Shown here piece by piece: positions 13,987 through 26,555 of a stretch of 64,000 bases of DNA; the stretch's first letter is position 1, and every line of letters begins with the position of its first letter. The stretch is taken from the NCBI GenBank assembly GCA_015680685.1, contig MNCI01000811.1, positions 36,060 to 100,059 on the forward strand. Reading direction: 5' to 3'. The position numbers and the translations under genes are program-made. Below the pieces are notes generated by a model that ran no database searches, was not told the origin of the DNA, and worked only from the letters and a program-made list of their open reading frames with translations. This DNA comes from Gnetum montanum (Eukaryota; Plantae; Gnetophyta).

Positions 13987-14689
13987 CATATCTTAGACTA
14001 GTAATGTCAGTTCAACAAAAAAGGCTATTTTGATCCTCTTAATTTCTAAAATTCCAACTTCCTTTTTTAATAATAATACTATGTGCAATGCATAGTACTT
14101 GTCAAGATGATTCCAACAATACAAATTTCATCTTGATTGGACTTATGGTTTAAGGAATATCAATGTTTTGAATTTCTTATTATGCATGCATTAAAATAAT
14201 ATTAATTTATTATTATAATTATTAAAAAAATAAAAGAGCGAGAGTTCATGGATTCAAACCTAGGCCCTCCCTCTTAATTAAAAATTTTTTCATTTAATTT
14301 TAAAAAAATATTTTTTTGGGTTGAATCCCCAACCCCAGGGGGGAGTAAAGTCTGCGGTCGGCACACACTACCTATGTTAGGGTAACAAATCCTAGTCACG
14401 TAATGTCATAGTTAGTCCAACAGTTACAGAAGTAGGGGAAAGACCTCTTGCACTAACAACTAGAGTAGCCATGTGCCTATTGCTCACTTGCACTTGCCAC
14501 TCCACCTTTATTGACTTCATTCCATTACCACATCCCCCTTCCCACATTGATGTTGCATTATTTCCTAATGCCTATGTTGTTTTCCACCACCAGTCACCAT
14601 CATACATCACAGTGTTGACATTTTCCATTATGCATGCCACTCACCGCTTGCCATTGTCCACCTACATCATGCTATGCCCTTGCCTACCT

Positions 14690-14965
14690 TCTGCACCATC
14701 ATTGTTCCTAGCATCAGAAATCACTACCTCTTCTATTACTCCACAAACACTGCTAGCCCTGGGAATCATGGCCCCTTCTAGTGCATTTCATACATCACTG
14801 ATGTTGGGAATTACTATGCCTTCCAATGCACCATGAATAATGTTAATGCTAGGAATCATTTCCCCTTCCAACACACCATGGACACTACAGGTGTTGGGAA
14901 TCATTGCCCCTTCTGGTACACTATCAATGCCACCGATGCTTGAAATCGTTGCCCCATCTGGCATT
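14690..14965. repeat. Degenerate ~45-bp tandem repeat (gggaatcattgccccttc core), ~6 units
   Basis: Core recurs at ~14716, 14761, 14806, 14851, 14896 and 14941. Confidence 0.65.
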
Positions 14966-16446
14966 ATTATAGAAAACCCTTGCATTGCATGTACATCATG
15001 AAAAACTCACTTCTAGAGACTGATTCCATGTTGAGGAAATTGCATAGCATCACCTCTAGTAGCTTGCGTAGCATCACCTAGGGTCATGCAAGCTTGCCCT
15101 AGGCTACATAGGTCTTGGTGGGGGTTGTGCAAGCCATTGTGTTGGTTGCATAGGCCCTTGCATGGGCTATGCAAGCCTTAAGGGTGATGCAAGATTGACT
15201 GAGTTACACTAGCCTTGGTAAGGGTTTCCCAGGCCTACTTGGATTTTTCTAACTAAAAAAAAAATGCCACTGCCCATTGCACCACTACCCATCATCATCG
15301 TGCTTTCCCAATGCACCACCACCACTACGCTTTCCTAGTGCACCAATTCTGCCCATTGTTGCTGCACTTCTTAGCATGCCCTATCCACCACTGCACTCTT
15401 CTAGTGTACCCTACTCATTGCTCGAATGCCCTATAGCCACTATGGTTGTCCTTACCCCAACAACTATGCCTACCCCCAATGACTTAAAAATTTTTCTATC
15501 CAGTAATGGAAAATTTCAATTGTCAACTGATGGGAAATTCCAATTTTTTTGTCAACCAATGGAGAATTTAAAAATTTTATTCATTATAATTTTGTTTGAA
15601 ATTAGAAATGTAGGAAAAGTTTCAAGAAAAGGAAAATTAGCACACTGGTAGGGAATGGGATAAAAATTTTAAAATTAAGCATGCTTGTCCTGGAACAGTA
15701 TTGGGATGGGCAACATCTTGAGAAGTCTCATTTTTTGTGCCAAGGGTTCTAGATTTTAGAAGCCATAACTTTTGATTTCAAAAGAATTTTTTAGAAAATG
15801 AAAAGTCATTTCTTATAGGTTTTAACCTTTTGGAAACAATGATCAAGTCAAATCCATCCCATGAAACCCTAAAAATTAGTTTTCATCCCTTGTTCAATAT
15901 AGTACCTTAAGACCCTCAAAAGCTTAATTTAGCATAAATTGAGCATATGATGTCCTTTCTCAACATATGAATGGTCATTTCCAACATTTTTCACCATTCT
16001 GAACTCAATGGTGAGAATGGATTTATCATATGGGTATCTAATAATTTAGTAACACCTTAAATCATGTCTTAAGAGGCCATAACATAGACTAGTTAGTCAT
16101 ACCTACCAATTTAATTGTTAAGACTTAATGTAACCTCTTAAAAATTAAGATTAAGGGTGTAGTCTATGTAGATAAGTAATCTTAGTTTCCTAAAACTCTA
16201 GTTTCTCATTAGTACACTACTAAAGTTAGTGTTCTTAAGAGGGGTATAATGGATGTTAATAATTAGATAATGTAGTAAATTAGTTAATCAGTTGATGTAT
16301 CAGTTGATGAATAAAAATGGTTAAGAAGACATATATTAGTTCATTTTGCAATCAAACCATATGGTAGAACAATAGAGAGTCATGATCTTATTTCAATAAG
16401 ATGTAAGATATCCATAAAGAGTAATGGTCTAGCAAAGAATCCAAGA

Positions 16447-17339
16447 ATGAGAATGAAATTTACAACATATAACATGCTTGCAAGATCCCTAGCATATGAG
16501 AAACAACATCCACTATGTCTACCATGGGCCTTGTATTGGCATGAGTATCGATACCCATACATCTTAGTAGAGTTACAAGATTTAGATGTTGATGTCTTGT
16601 ACCTACAAGAAGTATTTTCATGGGAATTTCTATATGAATTCCTACCAAACTTGGAAAATATGGGATACATAGGTATTTATAAGCAAAAAGATTCTTGGGA
16701 AAGTTCTTCTTTAGAGCCATACAGATTAGCCTATTGTAGAAATCACATGGATGGTTGCACTATCTTTTATAAAGAAGTCAAGTTTGAATTAGTACAAAGA
16801 TTTGAATGGAGTTTAGAAAGTATGATTTTTGAAATTCTAGAACCTCAAATGATTAAAAAAAGAACAATTAAGATTTTAGAAAGGTTGCATAGCTTTGGCA
16901 TTGATATTAAAAATCCATCTATCAGGAAGATGTGTATGTAGTGAACATACATTTAATTGCCAAATCAACATGTTTAGATGTTAGACTATGTCTAGGAGCA
17001 TACTTAATTAAGTAAATAGAAGAAAGTTTGAAGAATACTTTATTCCTACACTATATTGATCCAATGCCAATTATGCTTTGTAGAGAATTCAATGCAAAAT
17101 TTGGAAGTAGTGTTTATCAATTCTTAAAATATGAATGTGTAAAAGAATCCTTGGAAGATGAGCCTAATTTGAAGAAGAGGTTTCCATCAATTCAACATGA
17201 AATTCCATTACCTAGTGCATATTCTTCTTACTTTGAATATTTAATAGATAAATTAGATCCTAGAATTTAGGAAAAGATGATGTTGATGGATAGTACTCAT
17301 CAAGAATCATAGTTTACCAATTATTCTACTATGATTAAT
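16447..17339 (+). pseudogene. CCR4: CCR4/nocturnin-family EEP deadenylase domain, intronless, frameshifted; runs into assembly gap
   Basis: FTTYNMLA..YE..HP.C.PWAL.W.EYR...L..LDVDVLYLQEV; GYIGIYKQK; DGCTIFYK..KFELV; then across frameshifts IALALIL....GRCVC, VNIHL......DVRLC, PIMLC(G/R)EFNA..GSSVYQFL, SAYSSY and FTNY. These are the ordered CCR4-type EEP motifs. Confidence 0.88.
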
Positions 17340-18110
17340 NNNNNNNNNNNNNNNNNNNNNNNNNNNNNNNNNNNNNNNNNNNNNNNNNNNNNNNNNNNNN
17401 NNNNNNNNNNNNNNNNNNNNNNNNNNNNNNNNNNNNNNNNNNNNNNNNNNNNNNNNNNNNNNNNNNNNNNNNNNNNNNNNNNNNNNNNNNNNNNNNNNNN
17501 NNNNNNNNNNNNNNNNNNNNNNNNNNNNNNNNNNNNNNNNNNNNNNNNNNNNNNNNNNNNNNNNNNNNNNNNNNNNNNNNNNNNNNNNNNNNNNNNNNNN
17601 NNNNNNNNNNNNNNNNNNNNNNNNNNNNNNNNNNNNNNNNNNNNNNNNNNNNNNNNNNNNNNNNNNNNNNNNNNNNNNNNNNNNNNNNNNNNNNNNNNNN
17701 NNNNNNNNNNNNNNNNNNNNNNNNNNNNNNNNNNNNNNNNNNNNNNNNNNNNNNNNNNNNNNNNNNNNNNNNNNNNNNNNNNNNNNNNNNNNNNNNNNNN
17801 NNNNNNNNNNNNNNNNNNNNNNNNNNNNNNNNNNNNNNNNNNNNNNNNNNNNNNNNNNNNNNNNNNNNNNNNNNNNNNNNNNNNNNNNNNNNNNNNNNNN
17901 AAAATGAGGTAAGTATTACTAAAATGATATTTAAATTCTCATATATTTATCTCACATATATTTTATTTGCAGAATAAGTAACAAACAACTTCAAGTCTAA
18001 AGGAGAAATCAAATTATTAGAGCATAGGATCATAACAAAAGTACTGGAGTTGGATAAAGATAGTGAACATAGACTTGTTTAATGAATAATGAAACCTAAG
18101 GGATGTAGAT

Positions 18111-18633
18111 TGTAACATCCCTATTTCAAAATGGTGCTATTGTATAATGAAGATGGTGCCTCTTCATAACAAGTTTTATCATTATCGTAACAAAACCCAA
18201 AAGGACGTGTTGTAATTGAGACTTGAACAAATACATTGTAATAACAAACATGTCTTTTGAGGTAACCTTTGAGGGCTTGACCTAAGGCATATATACTTGG
18301 GCTTAGAGATCATGCTGGCATGGATTGGTGGAGCTAGTAAAAGGTGATTCAATGGAGCCAAATGAAGTGGAATAGAAAGTAGACTAGCCATCCCTTCTGG
18401 CCAATAATAGGCCTAACCATGGTGGTAGTGATGGATTTCCTCTAAGGGATAGATGTAGAAGGAAGAAAACCACAAGAAACACTCTCATAGAATGATCTAG
18501 ATACTCTATTCCATATGAATAAATCATTCTTTACTCATTCCTTTTGCATTTTTCTTATTATTTCCTTTGTGCATAATGTCTAATATAATGTATATTTGAC
18601 ATTTTCCATGACATTTGGGAATAGTATGTCACA
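18111..18633 (+). repeat. 3' LTR of CCR4-element copy 1
   Basis: Same length (523 bp) and termini as 12001-12523. Preceded by the PPT and followed by the TSD. Confidence 0.93.
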
Positions 18634-19912
18634 TATGCTATCAAGATATTGGGGGAATAATTTTGTAGAGTAGAAAGACCACATCATTCATTTATTCAAT
18701 TTCTATAAATAAGAGGTCCTTATCAGGAAAGAAATATGGTTCCTCTTACATGAATCTAAAATTAACTCATGATCATTATTCCTTAAAGAAAATGGGAAGG
18801 ACCAATGGGGAATGGAAAATGGAGTGGCATTAAGAGGGCTTGATAATTCTTTATACTTCTTCTATGGATCTTAGTAGTTCATATGTTTATTTTATTACTT
18901 ATGTTTTAATTTTTATGAAATCATGTTCTCAAATAAGTATTACCTTACCATGTCACTAGAAATACATGTTACCCATGCCTGAAGGTAGTCCTCTAGTAAT
19001 GAAAATATAATTGACCAATTAATTAATTTACAAATGAATATGATTCCTAGGGTACCATTAGAAAGACATATTACCCTTTCCTAAAGCTAGGCTACTTCTA
19101 AGAATCCCAAAGATTTCTTGGACTACTTTCATTATATGGTTTGAAAAACATGCTACCCATGCCTCAAGGTACTTCTCTAATGGGATTAGCATTGGCTATG
19201 AAGAGAGAAAGACATGTTACCCATGCCTGAAGGTACCCCTCTAACAAACAGCCAAGTTTCTTCAAAAATTTAATGTTTAAGTAATTAATTAATCAAAACC
19301 ACTTTCTATTTTTCTTTTTAGAGTAGTGATGTTTTCATTTGGTTTTAGTGGTCTTATGCTTATATGTTCAGGATGATACAATGCAATGTTACTAGTAAAG
19401 GTATGGGCTTGGTTTTAAATTATAGATGATGCCTAAATCAATACCTAAGATTGAATGTCTTTCATAATGCAAGGAAATGAGGTGAAGAAGAGGATACAAA
19501 AGAGCATACCTATGGACATATAGCAAATAAAATAAGTAAGACTCAAATATCATATGTTCACTACCCATAAATTGATGGGTTAATAAGGAGAAATTTTAGT
19601 CTATCCTTCAAAAGGTTTGCATATAAGAGAAGCACCAAGATAACAACTAAGGTTGGAAGAATTGCCACCACTAAAAACAACATGAAGACTCATAATTAGT
19701 AGATTTTTTAGGACTTTTCTAATTTTTTAAAGTTAATATCTATTTATTATTTTTTTATTTTTGTAATACATCTACTTGAATAAAATTTTATAATGTGATC
19801 TCAAGTTTTTTAATATTAATTAATCTAGTCTTGGTCATTATACAATTTTTGTAATGGAACATCATCCATTTTATACAACTTAAGGATGAGTTCTTAGTGA
19901 GGCATGCAAGTA

Positions 19913-20230
19913 TGATAAAGCATCATTTGTTAAATGTATTAGTTGACTACAATGTCACAAATCTTAAATTCCATCTATGTTAATGCATCTTAGTTGGATG
20001 ATACATCAAATATACTACATTACATCTTCGTCAACGTATCTTAGATGGTTGCTACATTGCATCTACTATGTCTTAGATGTATCAATGCATATGCATCAAT
20101 GAATCTTGAGATGCAACATAATATCCATATTTTTCTATAAATATATGAGCATCTACTATGTGTTTAAATATGTATTTAGTATCATTTGGTTAGTAGTATA
20201 GGAAAAATTTTGTAGTTTTCTTCCATAATC
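19913..20230 (+). repeat. 3' LTR of A2, truncated
   Basis: Starts tgataaag after gaggcatgcaagta. Matches 7911-8168, then similarity ends abruptly. Confidence 0.7.
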
Positions 20231-21120
20231 TGTGGGGCCGAGTAGGCCTGAGGGCGAATGTAGTGAGACATTTGTGATGGCTGTAAAATAGAGGAAGAAG
20301 CAAATGGAGTCCACCATGTGGATGGACTTGGGCCCATCATAGTGGGTGGAACGGATGCATATGTAGGAATTGGTATAGGAGTTATGTGCGGTTGCAAAGT
20401 AGGTACAGTATGGACATGCGGTAGGGTAGCTATGATAGGCGTGTTATGTATTGTGGTAGCGTGCTGATAAATAGTTTGCGGTGGCACAGTTGCTATGGGT
20501 GCAACCAGGGGATAGGGGTGATGAGGCGCTAGGAATGTGGTATGGCTACCCACTGCAGTTGCAGTTGTAGGCTGCTGAAGCGTAGGCGTGATGAAAAAGG
20601 GGGCAGCGACAGGCAACGGGATCGCCCAGAAGGATTGGGTAGACAAGACAGGAATGGGGTTGGCTGGGCCTCCCTCGTCAGATTAGGAATCGAGCTCCTC
20701 TTGCCCATCTTGAAAGATGTTATCCTAGTTGGACACTGTGTCTTGTTGCTTCCTAAGCCTTGTCAGCTGGATTAGTTGATCTAGCAGCCTTTGGTACACT
20801 TTTGTTAAAGGCAGAGGAATGCACTGGTTAGAAATGAATTCCTCCCCATTGCAGTAAGCAAACTCGAAGCTACGTTTTTCTTCAAGTTTGTGTAAATCCA
20901 AGGGCAGGTTAGCCTGCACCTTCTTACAAAGGAAACTGTAATGCTCATGTTGCTGGGCTAGTCCCTCAAGTCCTTGGTTTTTGATTCTGAGAGACCGACG
21001 TGTTTCAGGCATTGGATTCAGCCGTTGTTCAGCACCAGTAGTGCCTTGGACCACGAAGGGCACCTCCGTGTTGGAGGCACCAACGATGATGGTGGCAGAA
21101 GCCATTGTCAAGCAAGTCAT
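20231..21120 (-). pseudogene. Tat-type gag N-terminal region (truncated)
   Basis: ORFs 20725-21120 and 20182-20646 (Pro/Thr-rich linker) parallel 36553-37400. Confidence 0.7.
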
Positions 21121-21189
21121 TATGTGAAAAAAAATGCTAGAATATGTAGAAGAATGAAAGGATTTAAAAATAACAACATGTGGCTTTAC

Positions 21190-21895
21190 ATCTTGCAGGA
21201 TCCTAGAGGGACTATCAAGGCAACCAACCTACACCACACAAGGTGCAAACAACCTCAAAGGGTGTCACGTTTTCACCTATGCTGGCTAGGGTGCAGGATG
21301 CATGCAGGACTACTATAAATAGAATAGGAAAGTTAAATCACCGCTGGAAGGCTTATTGTCTCATAGGGTTCTAGAGGAACCGTCGAGGTGACCGATCTAC
21401 ACCACACGAAGCGTAAACAACCAAAAAGGATGTCGAGTCTACGCTAATGTAAGTTGGGGTGTGGAAGGCATACGAGACTACCGTAAGATGAGCAAATTAA
21501 CTAGTGACCAAGTAAGTTTTGGGTCTCACAGGATCCTAGAGGGACCGTCGAGGCAACTGGTCTGTACCACACAGAATGGGATACAGAACGTAGGCAAGAC
21601 AACTGTAGGATGGGCAAGCTAGCTAGCAATTAGGCAGGCTTTATGTCTCGCAGGGTCCCGGAGGGACTATCCAGGCAACTGGTCTGGACCACATGAGATG
21701 GGGTGTGGAACATGCATGCAAGACGACCATAGAATGAGCTAGTTAACTAGCGATTGGAGGCCTTGTGTTCTGTAGGACTCCAGGGGAACCGTCAGGGCAA
21801 CCGATCTACACCGCACAGAGCGCAAACAACCACAAGAGAGTGTCACATCTACGCTTGTGTGTATTAGGGTGCAGAAGGCTCACATAACTACCATG
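21190..21895 (-). repeat. 5' UTR tandem repeats (caggatcctagagggaccgtcgaggcaac..ctacaccacac core), 5 units
   Basis: Core at ~21197, 21364, 21529, 21610 and 21772. Confidence 0.75.
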
Positions 21896-23784
21896 ACAGG
21901 CAGAAAAGGCACCAAAAGGCCCTCCTTCTAGCACCAGAAAACTATAGCAACCAAAAACGTTAGTGGCTGGAAGAACGCCAGGGTCAGTAATGCAACAGTT
22001 CCAACCCTGTGCCCGCAGGAGGACAATGCTAGGTGTGTGCAAACACGAGGTGCCCTAAATGGTTTGGTCGATCAGACAAGGACTTACATCAGTGTCAATA
22101 TAGCCTTTTGCAATATAAATTGTGTGAATTGCAAGATAGTGCTTATGGGTAGATACAGCAAGAAAAAAAATGTAAAAATGCAACAGTGATGCGAAATAAT
22201 GAATAAAGTAGAGATCCGATGGTAATACGAAGTGATGTTGAACAAGAGAAATGTAAATGTGGTAGTAATACGAGATGGTGCTTGAAGGTAAATAAGATAG
22301 AAAATAATGTAAGAAAGCTAGATAGTAAATGAGAGGTAAAGTAAGATACGGTTAGAAACATGCACCGCTTCAGAGCTACATATTCGTCCAATCAGAGTGG
22401 ATACAATCGACTGCATAGCGTGATGGAGTGTAAAAGTTCCGAGGGTAACCAAAGCATGTCGGGAAGCAAAAAGAGCTATGCTCTTGGGCATAGACTTCAT
22501 ATATGAATAATGCGAGATTCTACCAAGGTGGTAGAACGAAGGCTGGGACCTTACGCTAGCTGGAAGAGGTTCTCTATTTACAGTGTTAAACAGATGGACA
22601 TGACTGTTACAATGCTGGCAAAAAGGGGGGGGGAGGGGAAAGAGCCTTTGCTTCCAAGAGGACGCAAAACCCCTTTTGAAATTTCCAACTTTATAGATTG
22701 CTGCCCCCCCCCCCCATTTTTTTTCTTTCTTTCTTTTGCCAAATCATAGGTACCTTTCTCTTTTTTAGCCAAGAAAATTTTTTAGACCTTTTGTGTGCTG
22801 TTTGCTGAGATATTGATAGGGCTGAAGGTAAGTAAAAGGGACTGTTTGAATGCTACGTGTTGTAGACTTGTGTTACCTCATTGGCGTTACAAGAGTTGTC
22901 TATGACCGTTGGGCTTATAAGACCATTGCGATGCGAGCCTACCATGCAATAACTGTGATCCTACTACATTGCAACTGTGCCATCAGCTCCTAGAGATGTG
23001 TGCCAATGGTTTGATTGGGTGGAGTGCATTGATGTTGCACGAACACCTGCATGCCGCACTGTGCTTTGTGATGTGGCTTGATTGGCATGGCGTAGCACCT
23101 TGCCGCGAGTCCTGCCATATGTCACGTACTTGCTACGTGATGCCATGCTACGTAGCGTAGCGACTGGCCTTAATCGTAATAGTTTTGCTGATTTGCAACC
23201 CATTTTCCTACGATGCAGGTTTTGTTAACTTTGCTGATTTCTCCTTTCGAACTACCTTCTGTCCCTTCCGTAGGATTGCTATGCCTTGTTGCGCCATGTA
23301 GCTTAGTGTAGCGTAGCAGCAGACATGGTCCGCTACTTCCTGGCAAAAAGAGGCATCACTGTAGAACTCGAACTTGGGCAAGGGGAGTGGGTAGTGAAGT
23401 TGTTGCTATGCTACGCTGTGTGACATTACGTAGCATGGAATTTCATTCCGCCATTGTTTTCTGAAGCTTGCTACGCTACATATCATAGCATAGCATAGCA
23501 GGCTTCATGACTTAGAAAACTTGACGAACTATGTTTTGTGCACCCAAGATACTGCCACTGATTCTACACATTGTTTTTGAGTAGGCTGCTGGCTATTTAG
23601 GCTACTTTGGTGGGTGGGCAGGTTGGTATGGAATCCATCCATGCCCAAAGTAGAAAATTTGCTGAACTGGCTGTCCTGGACTCAAAATGTTCTTCTCCCG
23701 ATGAACTGCCACGGTGCTGTGCAGACTGTAAGAGCATGATGAGGCTAGGATGACCCCGCATTCTTTTTGGGGTGTTTCAATAGG

Positions 23785-25600
23785 TACTGAAGAAAACTTA
23801 AGGAAACTGAAAGAGTAGTAATAAGCACATGAGGATGAGCCTTTGGACTATTGCTCTCCAATGAGCCATCTAAACAAGGTTGCTAGGGCTATTAGCTAGT
23901 AGCAAAAAGAGTTTCTAACCAATTCTCAATGTAGAGGAGCTAGGCTACCATTTAAGTTAATCCTACCACCAAGGGACTTGAAGTCTCATTATATTTTGAA
24001 CAACTACTAGAAATCTCAACAAATGTTGTAATCTTCTTAGTGATGCTAGAAGAAGATGAAGGTGTGACTATGGTGGCTATAACATATTAAGAATAGGAGA
24101 CAACTGTGAAGGTAATTATTGATCATATCAATGAATAAATAAAGGTTCTTGTAGTACCCATACCCAATTTTGCTATTATGGTAGACATTTAGATTTGTGT
24201 AGGAACTAGTTCAAGGAGAATGATAGCAATATATCCTAAGGAGGTGTTGGAAAAACTAGTAGGAACTATGCAACTGATTCTAGATATACTCGACATTCTA
24301 GAAGATGTAATAGCAACATAATATGTCCTACTTAAGATCAGGAGAAAACTTCTCATTGCCAAAGCATAACTTTAGGAGGCCACCATTCTAAATAAATAGT
24401 TGGTAGTTGAAGTTATGTAACTCAAAGCCTACTTATCTAATTTGGTGATCCTTTGATCTAAGTTAATAAGAGATGAGATCTTTAAGTGCTTAAGACCAAG
24501 AAAAAGTAGATTGGAAAAGATAAAGAGAGAGTCATCTAAATGTGTAATTATCAAATGCCATGTTGAATAGTATGAAAAATGTCCTTATTTATGTGCATAG
24601 TAAGAATAAAGACCTATCCAAGTAGAATAAGAGGCTACTCAAGATGGGAAAAAAAAGAACAACTAGAGGAGTAGCTTAAGCACTAACATGAAGAATTAGC
24701 CAAAGTCAACTAGCACATAAGGAGATTGGAAGCAAAGAACAAGAGTCTCTGAATGGAGGAAGTATGTGTAAGAAGATAAAAGTTGGCTATCAAGATTTCC
24801 ACCTTGAAAAAAGAGATTCTAAAGTACAGGAAAGTTAAATATAATTATAGGACTAGGTTGGCATACTCAAGGAAGTCAATGAGAAAGATATATAACTCAT
24901 TAAGATCAACATGAATGAAGTCCTCCAATAATTCCAACTCCATGGTGATACATGGTAGCTCATCTTTGATGGAATAAATGCTTATATTAATGCTTAGATC
25001 CACATGAAGGAACTACAAATCAAGAAGATACCAAATATATAGAGCTTGCCAATTTGCAATATGTCAATCTACTAGTGTTCATTGCTAGATAACCAAGATC
25101 AGAGTTAGAAAATCATATAATGAGCTCAAATTACTATACAAAGGGAATTTAAAACTTTGTAAGAACATGAAGTGGAAGCTAGAGATAGTCAATGCAAAGC
25201 TTAAGGTTCTCAAAGTTAAATTCAAAGATTAACAATTAGTCATAAAGAACCTTGTCAAAAGGATGGTTGGCTACCAAGAGATAAAAATACTATTAGAGTG
25301 TTCGACATCAAACATAAATAATTTGCTACCTAGTTTGTTAATGTTAAGAAAATGTTTCTTGATTTATCTTATTAATGGGATGTATCGATAATAGTAACAC
25401 TAGGAAAAGTAACTTGGATAATCAATGATCCCAAAATAAGAGAAGAGAAGATGAAGATCTTCCTTGATGCATTCCAACTAAAATGAACACTAGCCAGACA
25501 ACCACATCTTACACTAAAGCATGGGGAGCTACCATTGAAACTAGAGGAGCCACCATGACTTGGTACCATCAAAGTCAAAGTCAAATTAGAATTAATCATA
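23785..25600 (+). pseudogene. Decayed coiled-coil-rich extra ORF upstream of an Athila-type PPT/LTR (env-like position)
   Basis: Purine-rich, E/K/L-rich broken frames. Followed by a 3' UTR matching ~19770-19912 and by an LTR. Confidence 0.4.
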
Positions 25601-25723
25601 TAGTTTTTATAATGCAACACTTGAAGTTGTTAGTTAGTTAGTCTCATACTTTTTTGATTTTGTAAATAAATCAATCCTAGTTTTGTTAACTCAAGGATGA
25701 GTTTTTAGTTAGTTGTGAAGGTA

Positions 25724-26550
25724 TGATGAACATCATTTCAGTCATCATGTCAATGCATTACTGTCAATATAGGATCTACTTCATCATGCATCAACGTTGA
25801 CAGTAGTCTAATAGATGACTATATAAGTGCATGTACCTACTACATTTATGATATCATTTAGTCATTTCCTTAGCTAGACTTTATCAATTTATTCTTGTAG
25901 AACTTAGAATTATCTTACCAAGTGTCCATAATGTGAGTTGAGTAGATTATTCAAAATTTTATTTTAATTTTTAATGTACATATACACATTGACATGATAG
26001 AAATAAAATGAAGATCTATTCTATTCATTGAAACACTTAAATTCTAGTTCTAATCTCTTTACTTATAGTTTATTTTAATTATTCTCTAATTTCATGCACT
26101 TAGTTAAATATTTTCATTTTACCATACTTAATAATTTTATGAGTACAACCAACTTCAAGCATAAATATATTGATATTTGGTAATACTAGTAATGACACTT
26201 GGTATGTCCAGCAATGAACATTTAGTAACCTAGCAATGTTAATACATGTTCAAGATGTGTATGGCTAGTTGGAAATGGATGTTGTAAGCCTAGGATAGTT
26301 TAGATTTACTTATTTATACTTATATTAATTAGATTAATATTTTTATAATAAACTTTTGTCATGTGCCTTAATCATACATAACCATATAAATTAATTCCAC
26401 ATAAGTTTTACTGGAAATACAATGATCAACGACTTAATGCTTAAGTATTTAGGACATCCAACTAGTATCAATCCATAAAATTTGACTAGATCATGCATAA
26501 AAACTTATGATCACTATGGTTAGGCATATTATTACTCTACTTCTTACTAC
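25724..26550 (+). repeat. Athila-like LTR, closest to LTR 1-747 (possible 3' LTR of A1)
   Basis: Starts tgatgaac after aaggatgagtttttagt..gaaggta. Colinear with 1-747 from actatataagtgcat onward. The 3' end is approximate. Confidence 0.75.
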
Positions 26551-26555
26551 CATCA

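Larger units (their letters stand above)
12001..18633 (+). mobile_element. Non-autonomous LTR retroelement carrying a CCR4-like deadenylase domain, copy 1 (complete, with TSD)
   Basis: Two 523-bp LTRs (12001-12523 and 18111-18633) with TGTAACATCC...ATGTCACA termini. PBS at 12526, PPT-like aagggatgtagat at 18098-18110, TSD tatgt/tatgc. The empty site ttctatgctatgaagat is seen in the paralogous A1 3' UTR at ~7221. No gag/pol recognised. Confidence 0.92.
7911..20230 (+). mobile_element. Athila-like element A2: non-autonomous (gag kept, pol deleted), interrupted by the CCR4-carrying element
   Basis: PBS at 8844-8861. gag (8977-~10400) is colinear with A1 gag. The sequence jumps to the 3' UTR (atcatgggaaagat at ~11735 = ~7005) without RT/INT. 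The 3' UTR resumes at 18634, then a PPT-position tract and the 3' LTR at 19913, truncated at 20230. Confidence 0.75.
20231..23779 (-). mobile_element. 5' fragment of a younger Tat/Ogre-type gypsy element (LTR, PBS, 5' UTR repeats, gag N-terminus)
   Basis: Minus-strand LTR 23779->21943 begins TGAAACACCCC, like the LTR at 34449. PBS tggtgctagaaggaggg (tRNA-Asn type) at 21936->21920. ORF 21120->20725 (ETRRSLRIK...EHYSFLCKK...KRSFE...GEEFI) is homologous to ORF 36553-36870. Confidence 0.85.

Noticed and set aside
16447-17339. EEP domain as a LINE APE endonuclease or as a functional host CCR4 gene
   Set aside because: It has CCR4-specific motifs (CP.WAL.W.YR, DGC.IF, LPS..P.DH) and no downstream RT or poly(A). 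It is intronless, disrupted and LTR-flanked in both copies.
17331-17912. Long ORFs made of X (also 43724-44188, 47894-48160 and 60127-60354)
   Set aside because: Artefacts of N gaps.
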